Origin: Phycisphaerales bacterium
GTDB lineage: Bacteria; Planctomycetota; Phycisphaerae; Phycisphaerales; UBA1924
DNA length: 64,000 bases
Direction: 5' to 3'
Assembly: GCA_016742075.1 (NCBI GenBank)
Contig: JACVCL010000003.1
Span: 20,087-84,086 of the forward strand
The notes beneath the pieces are model-generated. The model was not told the DNA's origin. It was given only the letters and a program-made list of their open reading frames with translations, and made no database searches. This document shows, piece after piece, positions 34,050 through 43,908 of the stretch. A program made the translations under genes and the position numbers. Position 1 is the first letter of the stretch. Each line of letters begins with the position of its first letter.

Positions 34050-36284
34050 TCACTTCTGAGAGGTGATGAGCGGCACGAGCCGGCTGTTCGGCAGGTTCAG
34101 GGCCCCCATCAGCGCCGATGCCGCGGTGGCCTGCTCGCCGGTGCCCTTCTCCACCAGCTCGATCAGCCGGTCGATCTGGCGGGCTTCCAGCATGTTGCCG
34201 TGCCGCTTGGCCGAGGCGCTCATGATGCCGAGGAGCTTCACCTGTTCGTCCCCGCCGGCCGAGAGCGCCGCATCCATGACCGCCGACTGGGCCCGCGGCT
34301 CGCCGATCATCCCCAGAACCTCGGCCACGCGCTGCCGCAGCTCGCCCTTGGTTTCACCCAGGGCCGTGATGAGAGAACCCGTGGCCTCGCCGGGGTTCAG
34401 CGTTGTGCTGCGCGAGAGCGCGAGGTCCCGCAGGGTATCGATCGCGGCACCGGCGTAGCGGGCCGCCTCCTCATCGGTGACGGCCGGACCCGAGGCCTTC
34501 TTCACGATCTGGGCCAGTGCCGCGCCGAGCTGCTCATCGGCTGCACCCTCGCGCACCATCGCCACGGCGCCGTCGGCCTCGAACCGAGTGGCCAGGCGGT
34601 TCATCTCGTCGAACGGCAGCACCGCCAGAATCGGCGCCGCCCTCAACCGGGGGGACACCCGGGCGGCATCAACGGCATCGGCGGTCGCCGGGCCGCTCAG
34701 CTCAAAGGCCAGCGCATCGACCCCCGGGATCGCGGCGATCGATGAGGCGGCATCGGCAAGCGCCCGTGCCGGGGCGACCACCGTGAAGCCCTGAGCCTCA
34801 AGGACCTTTCTCAGGACCTGCTGCCGCTCGAGATCGCGGGCCACGACGACCCCGTACCGCGACTTGGCGTCGCGAACAGCGCTCGCGAGGATCGCCACGA
34901 CGCGCTCCGAGCCTTCGAACGGGCTGCTCGGGTTGGCGCGGCCGATCGCCAGTGCGGCCTCGAACTGCACGCGCCGGTCGGGATAGCTCAGGGCCTCAAC
35001 GAGCGGCCGGTTCGGACCCGCCCACATCGAGGGGCCCGTGCCGCTCTGGGCGATCGCCTCGATTGCTCGACGGGCCAGGAGCGTGTCGCGCACGCGGAGG
35101 GCGCGGTCGAGAACCGCCTGAAGGGGCCCGCCGCCGGCGGCGACCGCGTAGTACATGGCTGGCCGACGCGACGGCGGGTAGGCCGGGTTGTCGTAGCCCT
35201 CGGGGGTCTGGATCTCACGCCGAAAATTCGAGGCCAGCCAGAGCGAGAGCGCCGGCTGATCGCCGGGGGTCAGCGCCAGGGCCTTCTCGGCCAGCCGCAT
35301 GGCCATCGCCTCGTGGAACACCTCGGTGCGGATGGCGGTCGGCTCGAGACCCACACCGCTGACCCATGACCACATCGGCTGGAACGCCTCGCCCGAAAAG
35401 CTGGTCAGGGTCCGGCTCTCGGAGTAGTAGTCGTCTCCCAGCCGCCGGAACAGATCGCCGACATTCACGTCGGCCGGCACCGAGCCGTCGATCCGCTCGA
35501 TGGCGCGGCGGACGGCGGCCTTCACGCGGTCGTTGGTGGTGGTCGAGAGCAGCTCGTAAAGGAACGGCGCCGACATCCGGTACGGGATGGCTCCCAGCAC
35601 CTGGGCCACCAGTTCCTGGGACTGCGCAGAGAGGTGCGGAAGGGCCGCGGTGAGTGGGGCCACCGCGTCGCGCCCGAGGTCGATGAGCATCCGCTGGGCG
35701 GCGCCGCGCTGGGCCGGCTCCTTGGCGTTCTGCATCGCTTCCAGCAGCTGCGGGACGGCGTATTCCTTGGCCTCCTTCAGCCGGTCGGTGCCGATGAGCT
35801 GGGCCCGGGTGTCGCGGGTCAAAAGGGCGATGTTCCGGTCGATCTCGGCGGGCAGCCGAGCCCGGGTGCGGCGGCCCTCTTCGTAAAGACCGTTCAGGCT
35901 CGCGGCCACACCCTCAAGTTCGGGCATCGCCAGCGCGCGGCGATAGGCATCATCGAACCGCGCCGCCATCTGGGGGTTTTCCTCGACGAGCCCGAGGAAC
36001 TCGGCGGGCTTCAGGGAGCGGGCCAAGATGGCCTCGGCCGTCGCCTTGGCCATGACGACCTGGGCGATCTTCACGTAGTGGGTGAAGTCATCGAGCAGTT
36101 GGGCGTTGGACACGCCGGCGGCGGAGGACGCGGCCGGCGCCCCGGACGGAGACTTATCTGGCTCGGCCAACGCCGACGGGCCGAACGCGACGCTGGACCC
36201 GAAAACGATGGCGAGGGCCTGGAACGCCGTCACCGCCTTGCGGCCGGGGCGTGAAGTCAACAAGGCTTGCTCCTCTCGATGCAT
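34050..36284 (-). CDS. Secreted HEAT-repeat protein
   Basis: 744 aa with a signal peptide AIVFGSSVAFGPSALA. It has repeated helical pairs with HEAT-like spacing (for example PQLLEAMQNAKEPAQRGAAQRMLIDLGRDAVAPL). Confidence 0.55.
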   Translation of the reverse strand: MHREEQALLTSRPGRKAVTAFQALAIVFGSSVAFGPSALAEPDKSPSGAPAASSAAGVSNAQLLDDFTHYVKIAQVVMAKATAEAILARSLKPAEFLGLVEENPQMAARFDDAYRRALAMPELEGVAASLNGLYEEGRRTRARLPAEIDRNIALLTRDTRAQLIGTDRLKEAKEYAVPQLLEAMQNAKEPAQRGAAQRMLIDLGRDAVAPLTAALPHLSAQSQELVAQVLGAIPYRMSAPFLYELLSTTTNDRVKAAVRRAIERIDGSVPADVNVGDLFRRLGDDYYSESRTLTSFSGEAFQPMWSWVSGVGLEPTAIRTEVFHEAMAMRLAEKALALTPGDQPALSLWLASNFRREIQTPEGYDNPAYPPSRRPAMYYAVAAGGGPLQAVLDRALRVRDTLLARRAIEAIAQSGTGPSMWAGPNRPLVEALSYPDRRVQFEAALAIGRANPSSPFEGSERVVAILASAVRDAKSRYGVVVARDLERQQVLRKVLEAQGFTVVAPARALADAASSIAAIPGVDALAFELSGPATADAVDAARVSPRLRAAPILAVLPFDEMNRLATRFEADGAVAMVREGAADEQLGAALAQIVKKASGPAVTDEEAARYAGAAIDTLRDLALSRSTTLNPGEATGSLITALGETKGELRQRVAEVLGMIGEPRAQSAVMDAALSAGGDEQVKLLGIMSASAKRHGNMLEARQIDRLIELVEKGTGEQATAASALMGALNLPNSRLVPLITSQK

Positions 36285-36623
36285 CTGCCGGGCCTGCGGC
36301 CGAGCCCGTTCGGACCGGACCTTCGACCCGCTCTGTTCGCGTGGTCACCCCAACGGGATCCGCACTCTACCGGGTGGTGTCGAAAAGTGTCAATCGAACC
36401 GGCGTGTTCCCGGGGGTCCGCGGCCGGGGGCGCCGGGGCGGTCGGCCGGACCCCGGGAAAACCGCCCAGTCTTCGCGAACCGGGGCACTTTTTGCCAGTG
36501 GTGTCGGCTGTGCCGGTCAAGCCACCCCCCCGCCCGGACGATGAACCCCCGGAGTTCGGCCGCCATGGAGGGCGGTCGCCGCTGGGTTCGATCAGTCCAT
36601 CCCTGCACGGGGGATCCCAAGAT

Positions 36624-37202
36624 ATGCCGACCGAAAAGGACGTTCTGACGACGGGCGAGGTGGCCAAGATCTGCAACGTGGCCCCGCGGACCGTGTCCAA
36701 ATGGTTCGATTCGGGCCAGCTCAAGGGCTACCGGATCCCGGGCTCGAAGGACCGACGGATCCCGCTATCGAACCTGCTGCAGTTCATGAAGGCGCACGGC
36801 ATCCCGCTCGACGGCATCCACTCGGGCAAGACCCGGGTGCTGATCGTCGACGACGAGCGTGACATCACCGACGTGCTGCGGAAGGTGCTGGCCGAGCAGG
36901 CCGGCTACGACGTCCGGACCGCCCACAACGGCTTCGAGGCGGGGCTGGAGTGCGAGCGATTCCGCCCGCACGTCATGCTGCTGGACCTGCATCTGGGCGA
37001 GGGTGACTCGACCCACGTCGCCAACGTGGTTCGCGGCAACGACGATCTGGCCATCACGCGGATCATCGCGATGTCCGGCAAGCTGACCGACGGCCAGGCC
37101 ATGCAGCTCCGCGGCCAGGGCTTCGAGGGATTCCTCAAGAAGCCCTTCCAGGTCCGGCAGGTCATCGACGCGATCGAGAAGGTCCACGCCCTCGTGGCCT
37201 GA
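36624..37202 (+). CDS. Response regulator with N-terminal MerR/excisionase-type HTH
   Basis: Internal ATG of ORF 36267-37202. It has LTTGEVAKICNVAPRTVSKWFDSGQL (HTH), then a receiver domain VLIVDDE ... VMLLDLHL ... KKPF. Confidence 0.75.
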   Translation: MPTEKDVLTTGEVAKICNVAPRTVSKWFDSGQLKGYRIPGSKDRRIPLSNLLQFMKAHGIPLDGIHSGKTRVLIVDDERDITDVLRKVLAEQAGYDVRTAHNGFEAGLECERFRPHVMLLDLHLGEGDSTHVANVVRGNDDLAITRIIAMSGKLTDGQAMQLRGQGFEGFLKKPFQVRQVIDAIEKVHALVA

Positions 37203-37270
37203 CCCCCACACACACAAACCAACCCATCCGGGCCCGACGCCGCGGAGCCCGGGAGCCCCAGCGGGCCCAG

Positions 37271-37678
37271 TCAGGCCTTCTCGGCGATACCTCCGACGCG
37301 CTTCTTCTTCGCGTCGTAGAGGTCCACGCGCGGCCCCGACTTTCCGACGCCAACGAAGATGCGGGGACGGCCCTTCTCGTCGGCCATGCCGACGCGGGCG
37401 GCGTCGTTGGTGACGCCCAGGAACGCCCGGGTCTGGCCGCGTGCGTCGCCGAGGACCACCGCCGGCCCGTCGGGCGTGAGCGTGACGGCCAGGCGCTCGG
37501 TGCCCGACTCGTCGACCATCGAAATGCGTGGGCCCCGGTCGCCCATCTCGATCACCGCCCTCACGCGGCCCTTGGGGTCGATCAGACGGAACTCCGAAGC
37601 CTCGACGACCCCGGCCCGCATCTCGGCGAGGGCTCGCTCGACCTCTTCCAGGCGTGATTCAAGTTTCTTCTGGGGCAT
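37271..37678 (-). CDS. Hypothetical protein with about 20-aa beta-hairpin-like repeats
   Basis: 135 aa with an N-terminal coiled coil. It then has 4-5 repeats of D-x-x-G-x-x-R-[AL]-x-[IVL] alternating with x-G-P-x-[IV]-x-[ML]. Confidence 0.5.
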   Translation of the reverse strand: MPQKKLESRLEEVERALAEMRAGVVEASEFRLIDPKGRVRAVIEMGDRGPRISMVDESGTERLAVTLTPDGPAVVLGDARGQTRAFLGVTNDAARVGMADEKGRPRIFVGVGKSGPRVDLYDAKKKRVGGIAEKA

Positions 37679-37706
37679 AGGCGGCGGCGGGCGGGGGAAC
37701 CGGGCG

Positions 37707-38768
37707 TCACTTGAGCGTGTTCATCCAGGCGGCCAGCAGGTCGCGGGCGGCGGCCAGATCGTCACGATGGATCATCTCGGTGACGGTGTGGATGTACCGC
37801 GTGCCCACGACGACCCCGGCGACCTTCGTGCCCTCGTTGGCGAGCTGGACGGCGCCGCCGTCCTGCCCGCCGCGGGCCAGAATCGTGCGCTGGTGCCTGA
37901 TGCGGTGCTTTCTGGCGACGGCTTCGAGGTCATCGATGAGCTCGTGGTTCGAGATCATCGACGAGTCCATGATGTGGAGCCCGCAGCCCTGACCCTGGAT
38001 GGTGACGGCTTCGTCCTTGGGGACGCCCGGCGTGTCGCAGCTGAGGGTGACGTCGAGACCGATACCGATGTCCGGCTTCACGCTCCGGGCGGCGGTAAGG
38101 GCTCCGCGAAGGCCGACCTCCTCCTGCACGGTGAAGACCGAGTAGATCTCGCACGCGTGCTTGGCCCCCTGCTCCTCGAGGCGGCGGACCGACTCGATGC
38201 CGAGCCAGCAGGCGACGCGGTTGTCCATGGCTTTGCTGACGAGCTTGTCGCCGACCGCGACGAACGGCTCGTGCATCACGACCATGTCGCCGACCGCGAC
38301 GAGCTTGCGCACCTTGGCGGCCGGGAGGCCGATGTCGACCAGAAACTCCTTGACCTCGGGGATCTTCTTCTTGTCTTCCTCGGTGGCGATGTGCACCGGA
38401 CGGCCGCCGGGGTTCATGACCCCGACGATGTCGCCGCCGTGCTTCGAGCACACGAGCACCCGCCGGGAGAAGAGGTTGCGGGTGTCAAAGCCGCCGGCGG
38501 CGTTGAGGCGGATGAAGCCGTCGTCGTCGATGTGCTTGACGTAGAACCCGATCTCGTCCATGTGGCAGGAGAGCATGACCCGGGTCGGCCTGCCGCGTCC
38601 GGAGCCCTTGGCCCGGGGCGCCCGGCGGCAGATGAGCGAGCCCATCGCGTCGGTGGTCACCTCGTCGAAGAGCCCCCGGATCTCCTTCTTGATGAGCTCG
38701 CGGACCCGTTCCTCGCGGCCGGGGATGCCGGGGGTTTCGCACAGACGCCTGAGCAGATCGACGTTCAT
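37707..38768 (-). CDS. M42 family metallopeptidase (FrvX/glutamyl aminopeptidase-like)
   Basis: It starts at ATG 38768 (MNVDLLRRLCETPGIPGREERVRELI). It has HMDEIGF, QEEVGLRGA and the C-terminal YIHT... pattern. Confidence 0.8.
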   Translation of the reverse strand: MNVDLLRRLCETPGIPGREERVRELIKKEIRGLFDEVTTDAMGSLICRRAPRAKGSGRGRPTRVMLSCHMDEIGFYVKHIDDDGFIRLNAAGGFDTRNLFSRRVLVCSKHGGDIVGVMNPGGRPVHIATEEDKKKIPEVKEFLVDIGLPAAKVRKLVAVGDMVVMHEPFVAVGDKLVSKAMDNRVACWLGIESVRRLEEQGAKHACEIYSVFTVQEEVGLRGALTAARSVKPDIGIGLDVTLSCDTPGVPKDEAVTIQGQGCGLHIMDSSMISNHELIDDLEAVARKHRIRHQRTILARGGQDGGAVQLANEGTKVAGVVVGTRYIHTVTEMIHRDDLAAARDLLAAWMNTLK

Positions 38769-38822
38769 TCCGCCTAGCCTTTCGCACACACAGACCGATG
38801 GACCGGATCGTGGAGGGAGACG

Positions 38823-40082
38823 ATGGCTCACGAGAGCCCGCTGAACAATCTACACGAACAGGCCGAGGCGTCGTTTCTGGAATTCGCTCCCGGGGTCCCC
38901 GACGGCGGCGACAGCGGGAAACCGGCGGGAGCCCGCGTCGTCGAGACCTTCGGGGAGCTGGAGGCCGAGTACGCCGCGATCAGGAAGGGCTGCACGCTGT
39001 TCGACTGGCCGCAGCGGGCGTCGGTCCGGGTCGCCGGGGCCGATGCGCTGGACTTTCTTGACCGGATGCTGACGCAGGCGCTCCGGGCTCCGAAGAACCC
39101 GGCGAAGCACCCCCGCGAGGCGCCCGCTGCGGGGATCCCGGCCTGGGGGGTCGGCAGGTCGTTCTGGCTGAACCGGAAGGGACGGATCGACGCCGATCTG
39201 CGGGTGATGATCCTGCCGGAGCCGGTCAGCGCGATCATCCTCGACACCGACGTGCTCTCGGCCCCGGGGCTCGTGCGATCGCTCTCGTCGTTCGTGTTCT
39301 CGGAGGAGTGCACGATCACCGACGTCACGTCGTCGATGCACCGGCTCGCCCTGCACGGACCCCGGTCGGCGGAGCTGCTGCGGATGGTGGCGTCGGACAC
39401 CGCCGGCCCCCCGCTGGCCGACCTGGGACCCGGACGCGCCGGCGTGATCACGATCGCCGGACGGCGGGTGATCGCCGACCGCGACGACAGCACCGGCGAG
39501 ACCGGCTTCGAGTTGCTCATGGACACGGCCGCGGTGCTGCCGGTGTACCAGCAGTTGCTGGAGCGGGGCCTGAATTCCGACAGCATCCGGCTGCGGCCGG
39601 CCGGGTGGCACGCGTTCAACATCGCCCGGATCGAGGCGGGCTTCCCGGTGTTCCACCTCGACTTTGGCCAGAACAATCTGCCGCACGAGTCCGGCGTGCT
39701 CGAGTCGCGCGTGTCGTTCACGAAAGGCTGCTACCTCGGTCAGGAAGTGGTGGCCAGAATGGACGCCCTCGGCCATCCGAAGCAGCGGCTGGCAGCGCTG
39801 AGGATCGAGCCGCTCGGCCGGGAGGCCCCCGGGTTTCAGCCCATGACCGGCGCGGCGGTGTCACCCCCGGCCGGCGGGGCCCTGAAGCCCGCCGACGAGG
39901 GCAAGGCCGTCGGAGCGGTCACCAGCTCGGCCCGTTCGCCGATGCTCGGGGACGCGATCGTCTGTTTCGCGCAGGTCAAACACGACTACGCCTCGCCCGG
40001 GGCCCACGTGCTCGTGCACACGCAGGCGGGCCCGGTTCCGGCCACGGTGCAGCCCGGGCTGGCGTTCTGGAGGAAGGGCTAA
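38823..40082 (+). CDS. Folate-binding aminomethyltransferase family protein (GcvT/YgfZ-like)
   Basis: 419 aa. It has EYAAIRKGCTLFDW...VRVAGADALDFLDRMLTQ and later KGCYLGQEVVARM, the signature of the GcvT/YgfZ fold. Confidence 0.7.
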   Translation: MAHESPLNNLHEQAEASFLEFAPGVPDGGDSGKPAGARVVETFGELEAEYAAIRKGCTLFDWPQRASVRVAGADALDFLDRMLTQALRAPKNPAKHPREAPAAGIPAWGVGRSFWLNRKGRIDADLRVMILPEPVSAIILDTDVLSAPGLVRSLSSFVFSEECTITDVTSSMHRLALHGPRSAELLRMVASDTAGPPLADLGPGRAGVITIAGRRVIADRDDSTGETGFELLMDTAAVLPVYQQLLERGLNSDSIRLRPAGWHAFNIARIEAGFPVFHLDFGQNNLPHESGVLESRVSFTKGCYLGQEVVARMDALGHPKQRLAALRIEPLGREAPGFQPMTGAAVSPPAGGALKPADEGKAVGAVTSSARSPMLGDAIVCFAQVKHDYASPGAHVLVHTQAGPVPATVQPGLAFWRKG

Positions 40083-40103
40083 ATGGCGCTGGAACGTCGG
40101 CGA

Positions 40104-41135
40104 TCAGGGCAGCGTTGACGTCTCGGGCCGCGGCGATCGGATGAGCGTCCACCGCTCGGTCGAGGTGTGACGGCCGCCCGGGGCGATTTCGACCAGCGGG
40201 CCGTAGAGCTCGGCCTCCACCAGCCAGTCGCCTGGGTTGGCGCCGGGCTGGATGTAGATCGCGACCGGCCCCTCGCCCGCCGCCTTCAGGGCCTCGAAGC
40301 CGGCCGCGTCGCCCGGCACCCCGGGGATCGCCCGGTGGAGCCAGTATCCGGCGTTCCAGATGGCGATCTCGGGGCGAAGATCGCCGGCGGATGCCCCGGC
40401 CGGGGTCGGTGTGATGTACACCTTGATGCCGTCGCGCCAGCCGGCCCGCGGCAGGTCGACCAGGCACCAGCCCTTCTCGTCGGGCTGGCCGAGGACGCTC
40501 CGGAAACTCTTCACCGACCGCTCATCCCATCCAGTGACCTCGACGCCGGCGCCGGCAGGAATTCGGACGGCGAGCCGGTCGGTGGCGCGTGCGGCGGTGT
40601 TCACCCAGGTGCCCGCCCGCACGGCGGCCGCCCCGGAGTTCTCGAGGGAGTACAGGAGTTCGGCGGTGGAGTCCGCGGTGATACGGAAAGTCTTCTCCTC
40701 GCGGAGGCCCATGCGGTTCACCGGGCCGAGGCTGGTGAGCACGCCGGTGCCGCGGCCGGTGACGGTGGCCGGGCCCCGGTCCATGGCCGGGTCGGGAGGC
40801 CAGTCTTTCCGGGTGCCGTCGGGGGCGATCCAGCCGAGCTCGCCCTTCTGGGGACTGATCCAGGTGTAGGCCCCGCCGTAGAACCGGTATCCGCCGTCGG
40901 CCGGCGGCCCCTCGGAGAGATCCTTGACGAAGAGCATGTTGGGCCCGCCGGCCGGGCCGAAGTAGGTGAAACGGTCGATCTGGCCCGCGTACTCGAACGC
41001 CAGCCCTCGGAACTCGATGCGGTCTCGCGAGTTCACCGGGCGGCCGGCGCAACCGCCCGATACAACGGCCCCAACCATCGCGGCGGCCGCTAGCCCGGCG
41101 GCCGCGGAACGAAACCCGTGTGTGTCATTGGACAT
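40104..41135 (-). CDS. Putative lipoprotein, unknown function
   Basis: 343 aa with a lipobox-like AVVSGGC. It appears beta-rich. No family confidently recognised. Confidence 0.45.
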   Translation of the reverse strand: MSNDTHGFRSAAAGLAAAAMVGAVVSGGCAGRPVNSRDRIEFRGLAFEYAGQIDRFTYFGPAGGPNMLFVKDLSEGPPADGGYRFYGGAYTWISPQKGELGWIAPDGTRKDWPPDPAMDRGPATVTGRGTGVLTSLGPVNRMGLREEKTFRITADSTAELLYSLENSGAAAVRAGTWVNTAARATDRLAVRIPAGAGVEVTGWDERSVKSFRSVLGQPDEKGWCLVDLPRAGWRDGIKVYITPTPAGASAGDLRPEIAIWNAGYWLHRAIPGVPGDAAGFEALKAAGEGPVAIYIQPGANPGDWLVEAELYGPLVEIAPGGRHTSTERWTLIRSPRPETSTLP

Positions 41136-41207
41136 GCCAGCACTCCTCGGCCCCCTTCCGCGTCATGACGACCTGACAATCTAGCACCCGGCGGGCCGGT
41201 CGCGGGA

Positions 41208-42119
41208 ATGGCCTCTACGATGTGCCCGATGTCCTCGACAAGCCCCTCCGACGCCATCCAGACCGCGCCCCAGCCCCGACAGACCCGGGCCCTGCTGGAG
41301 GTGCGGGATCTGCGCACCTACTTCCCCATCCGGTCGGGCCTGCTGCAGATGACCACCGGTCACGTGCGGGCGGTCGACGGCGTGTCGTTCGACGTGCACC
41401 AGGGCGAGACGCTCGGGCTGGTCGGCGAGTCGGGCTGCGGCAAGACCACGGTGGGTCGCTCGCTGCTGCGGCTCATCCCGCCCACCGGCGGCACGGTGAC
41501 CTTCGACGGTCAGGACGTTCTGTCGGCGCGGGGCGCTCGCCTGAAGAGCCTGCGCAAGCAGATGCAGATCATCTTCCAGGACCCGGCGGGCTCGCTGAAC
41601 CCGCGGATGCGCATCGCGGCCATCGTCGGCGAGCCGCTGGTGGTCCACGGGCTGGTGAAGGATCGCGACGAGCTGAGGAGCCGCGTCGAGGATCTGCTGG
41701 TGCGATGCGGCATGCCGAAGCAGGCCGCCGACCGCTACCCGCACGAGTTCTCGGGCGGCCAGCGCCAACGCATCGGGATCGCCCGGGCGCTGGCGCTGCA
41801 GCCGCGGTTCATCGTGTGCGACGAGCCGACGAGCGCGCTCGACGTTTCGATCCAGTCGGCGATCCTGAACCTGCTGGCCGATCTGCGCGATGACTTCGGC
41901 CTCTCGTACCTGTTCATCTCGCACGACATGGCGGTGATCCAGCACATCTGCGACCACATCGCGGTGATGTACAAGGGCAAGATCGTGGAGTACGGGACGC
42001 GGGACGAGATCCTCTACCGCCCGCGCCACAAGTACACGCAGGCCCTGCTCTCGGCGGTGCCCGACACCGACCCGACGATCCGCAAGCAGCGCATCGTTTT
42101 CGACGGGATGGCGATGTGA
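41208..42119 (+). CDS. ABC transporter ATP-binding protein, oligopeptide/dipeptide (OppF/DppF) type
   Basis: It has Walker [10 protein letters not shown], the signature FSGGQRQR and Walker B FIVCDEP. The C-terminal oligopeptide-type extension is [13 protein letters not shown]. Confidence 0.85.
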   Translation: MASTMCPMSSTSPSDAIQTAPQPRQTRALLEVRDLRTYFPIRSGLLQMTTGHVRAVDGVSFDVHQGETLGLVGESGCGKTTVGRSLLRLIPPTGGTVTFDGQDVLSARGARLKSLRKQMQIIFQDPAGSLNPRMRIAAIVGEPLVVHGLVKDRDELRSRVEDLLVRCGMPKQAADRYPHEFSGGQRQRIGIARALALQPRFIVCDEPTSALDVSIQSAILNLLADLRDDFGLSYLFISHDMAVIQHICDHIAVMYKGKIVEYGTRDEILYRPRHKYTQALLSAVPDTDPTIRKQRIVFDGMAM

Positions 42120-42406
42120 GCCCGGGCGAGGCGAACAGCCCCAGCCCCCCCGCGGCGCAGCCGCCGCTCGGATCGCCCGACCGCCCGGTGACCATCCAGC
42201 TGACGCGGAAGCGCTACAAAGCGCTGATTCTGCTGGGCGCGGCGTTCATGCTGGCGGGGCTGGCTCTCGCCTGCGCCGACCTGGCCCGGCACTTTGAACA
42301 CCCCGACCGGATGGGACTTCTGCTCGCGGTGGGCGGCGCGGCCTTCGGCATCGGCCTGATGGCCGCGCTGGCCGGACGCCTTCTGGCGTGGTGGCACCAC
42401 GGGTGA
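42116..42406 (+). CDS. Small two-TM membrane protein
   Basis: 96 aa. The GTG start overlaps the ABC ATPase stop (GTGA 42116-42119). It has two hydrophobic helices. Confidence 0.4.
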   Translation: MSPGEANSPSPPAAQPPLGSPDRPVTIQLTRKRYKALILLGAAFMLAGLALACADLARHFEHPDRMGLLLAVGGAAFGIGLMAALAGRLLAWWHHG

Positions 42407-42430
42407 GGTCGCCCGCGGTGCGCCGCCGCA

Positions 42431-43804
42431 TCAGACGAGCAAAGTGGCGGGCGCCTCGAGCATCGCCCGGACGGTCGAGAGGTACTGCGCGGCCATGGCG
42501 CCGTCGATGACGCGGTGGTCCGACGACATGGTCATCTGCATCTCGTGACCGATGACGATCTGATCGTCGCGGACCACGGGCTTCTTGACCGCCGCGCCCA
42601 CGGCGAGGATGGCCGAGTTCGGCGGGTTGATGATGGCGGTGAAGTGCTCGACGCCGAACATGCCGAGGTTGCTGATGGTGAAGGTGCTGTCGGCCATGTC
42701 CTCGACCGACAGCCCCTTGCCGCGAGCCTTCTCGGCGAAGGCTTTGGTCTGCGTCGAGATGGCGCGCAGGCCGAGGTGATCGGCGTTGCGGATCGTGGCG
42801 ACGACCAGCCCGCCGCCCGAGCCGTCCGGGTTCACCGGCAGGGCGATGGCCACGCCGACGTTCACCGCGGCGTGCTGGCGGATGCTGCCGCCATCGGACG
42901 CGAACGACGCGTTCACCGACGGATGCTTGTGCATCGCCAGAGCGCACGCCCGCACGATGAAGTCGTTGACGGACAGCTTCACACCCTGCGCCGCGAGCTG
43001 ATCATTGAGCTGCTCGCGGAGGTCGAGCAGTTTGTCCATCGACACCGCCACGGTGACCTGGTAGTGCGGGATGCCCTGCTTGCTCTCGACGAGGCGCCGC
43101 GCGATGGTCCGGCGCATGTTCGAGAGCGGCAGGTCGCGGTCCTGGAGCGCCCCGGCGGCACCGGCCAACTCTGAAGAGAGCGATGGACCGGCGACGGCCG
43201 TCACAATCGAGGGGCCGCGGGGTGCGGCCGGCTGAGCGGCTCGCGCGGCCGGGGCCGGCTTGGTCTCGACGGCGGCTTCCACATCGCGCCGCACGATCCG
43301 GCCGGCGGGGCCGGTGCCGGTGATGGCGGCCAGATCGAGGCCGCGTTCCTCGGCGATCTTGCGGGCCAGCGGCGACGCGAAAACGCGGGCGCCGGCGCCG
43401 TGCCCGCCGCCGTTGGTGTGCTCGAGCACAGCCACACCGGATGCCGTGGGGGCGCCGCCGGCGCTGGCCACCTTGGCTGCCGGGCGGGAGGTTGCTGCGG
43501 CACCGATCGCGGTCGCCGCCGCGGCCCCGCCGGAGAACCGGGCCTTCACCGCGGCGGGATCCTCACCGTCCTCGGCGATCGCCAGCATGAGGGTGCCGAT
43601 GGCGGCGGGCTTGCCCTCGGGGAGCAGAATGGCCGCGACCACGCCGGCATCGAAGGCCTGCAGCTCCATCGTCGCCTTGTCGGTTTCGATATCTCCCAGC
43701 ACGACGCCGGGCTTCACGGCGTCGCCCTCCTTGACGTTCCAGTGGACGATCGTCCCCTGCTCCATCGTGTCGGACAGACGCGGCATCTTGACTTCTACGG
43801 CCAT
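42431..43804 (-). CDS. pdhC: Pyruvate dehydrogenase E2 (dihydrolipoamide acetyltransferase)
   Basis: 457 aa from ATG 43804. It has a lipoyl domain MAVEVKMPRLSDTMEQG...ETDKATME, a subunit-binding domain, and a catalytic domain with DHRVIDGA. Confidence 0.85.
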   Translation of the reverse strand: MAVEVKMPRLSDTMEQGTIVHWNVKEGDAVKPGVVLGDIETDKATMELQAFDAGVVAAILLPEGKPAAIGTLMLAIAEDGEDPAAVKARFSGGAAAATAIGAAATSRPAAKVASAGGAPTASGVAVLEHTNGGGHGAGARVFASPLARKIAEERGLDLAAITGTGPAGRIVRRDVEAAVETKPAPAARAAQPAAPRGPSIVTAVAGPSLSSELAGAAGALQDRDLPLSNMRRTIARRLVESKQGIPHYQVTVAVSMDKLLDLREQLNDQLAAQGVKLSVNDFIVRACALAMHKHPSVNASFASDGGSIRQHAAVNVGVAIALPVNPDGSGGGLVVATIRNADHLGLRAISTQTKAFAEKARGKGLSVEDMADSTFTISNLGMFGVEHFTAIINPPNSAILAVGAAVKKPVVRDDQIVIGHEMQMTMSSDHRVIDGAMAAQYLSTVRAMLEAPATLLV

Positions 43805-43908
43805 CGGAAACCCTTCGAGAGCTGGCCGCGCGACCCGCGGCGGGGGAGATCGGGAGTGGGCACGGCCTCCTGTCGGCGGAGGCGGAGAGCATCCGGGCGT
43901 GCGACGGC

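Noticed and set aside
36482-36496. Sigma-54-like element GGCAC-ttttt-GC upstream of the HTH-receiver regulator gene.
   Set aside because: The spacing between the GGCAC and GC elements is 2 nt shorter than the TGGCAC-N5-TTGC consensus, so it is unlikely to be a functional -24/-12 promoter. I also saw no enhancer-binding protein gene in the window.
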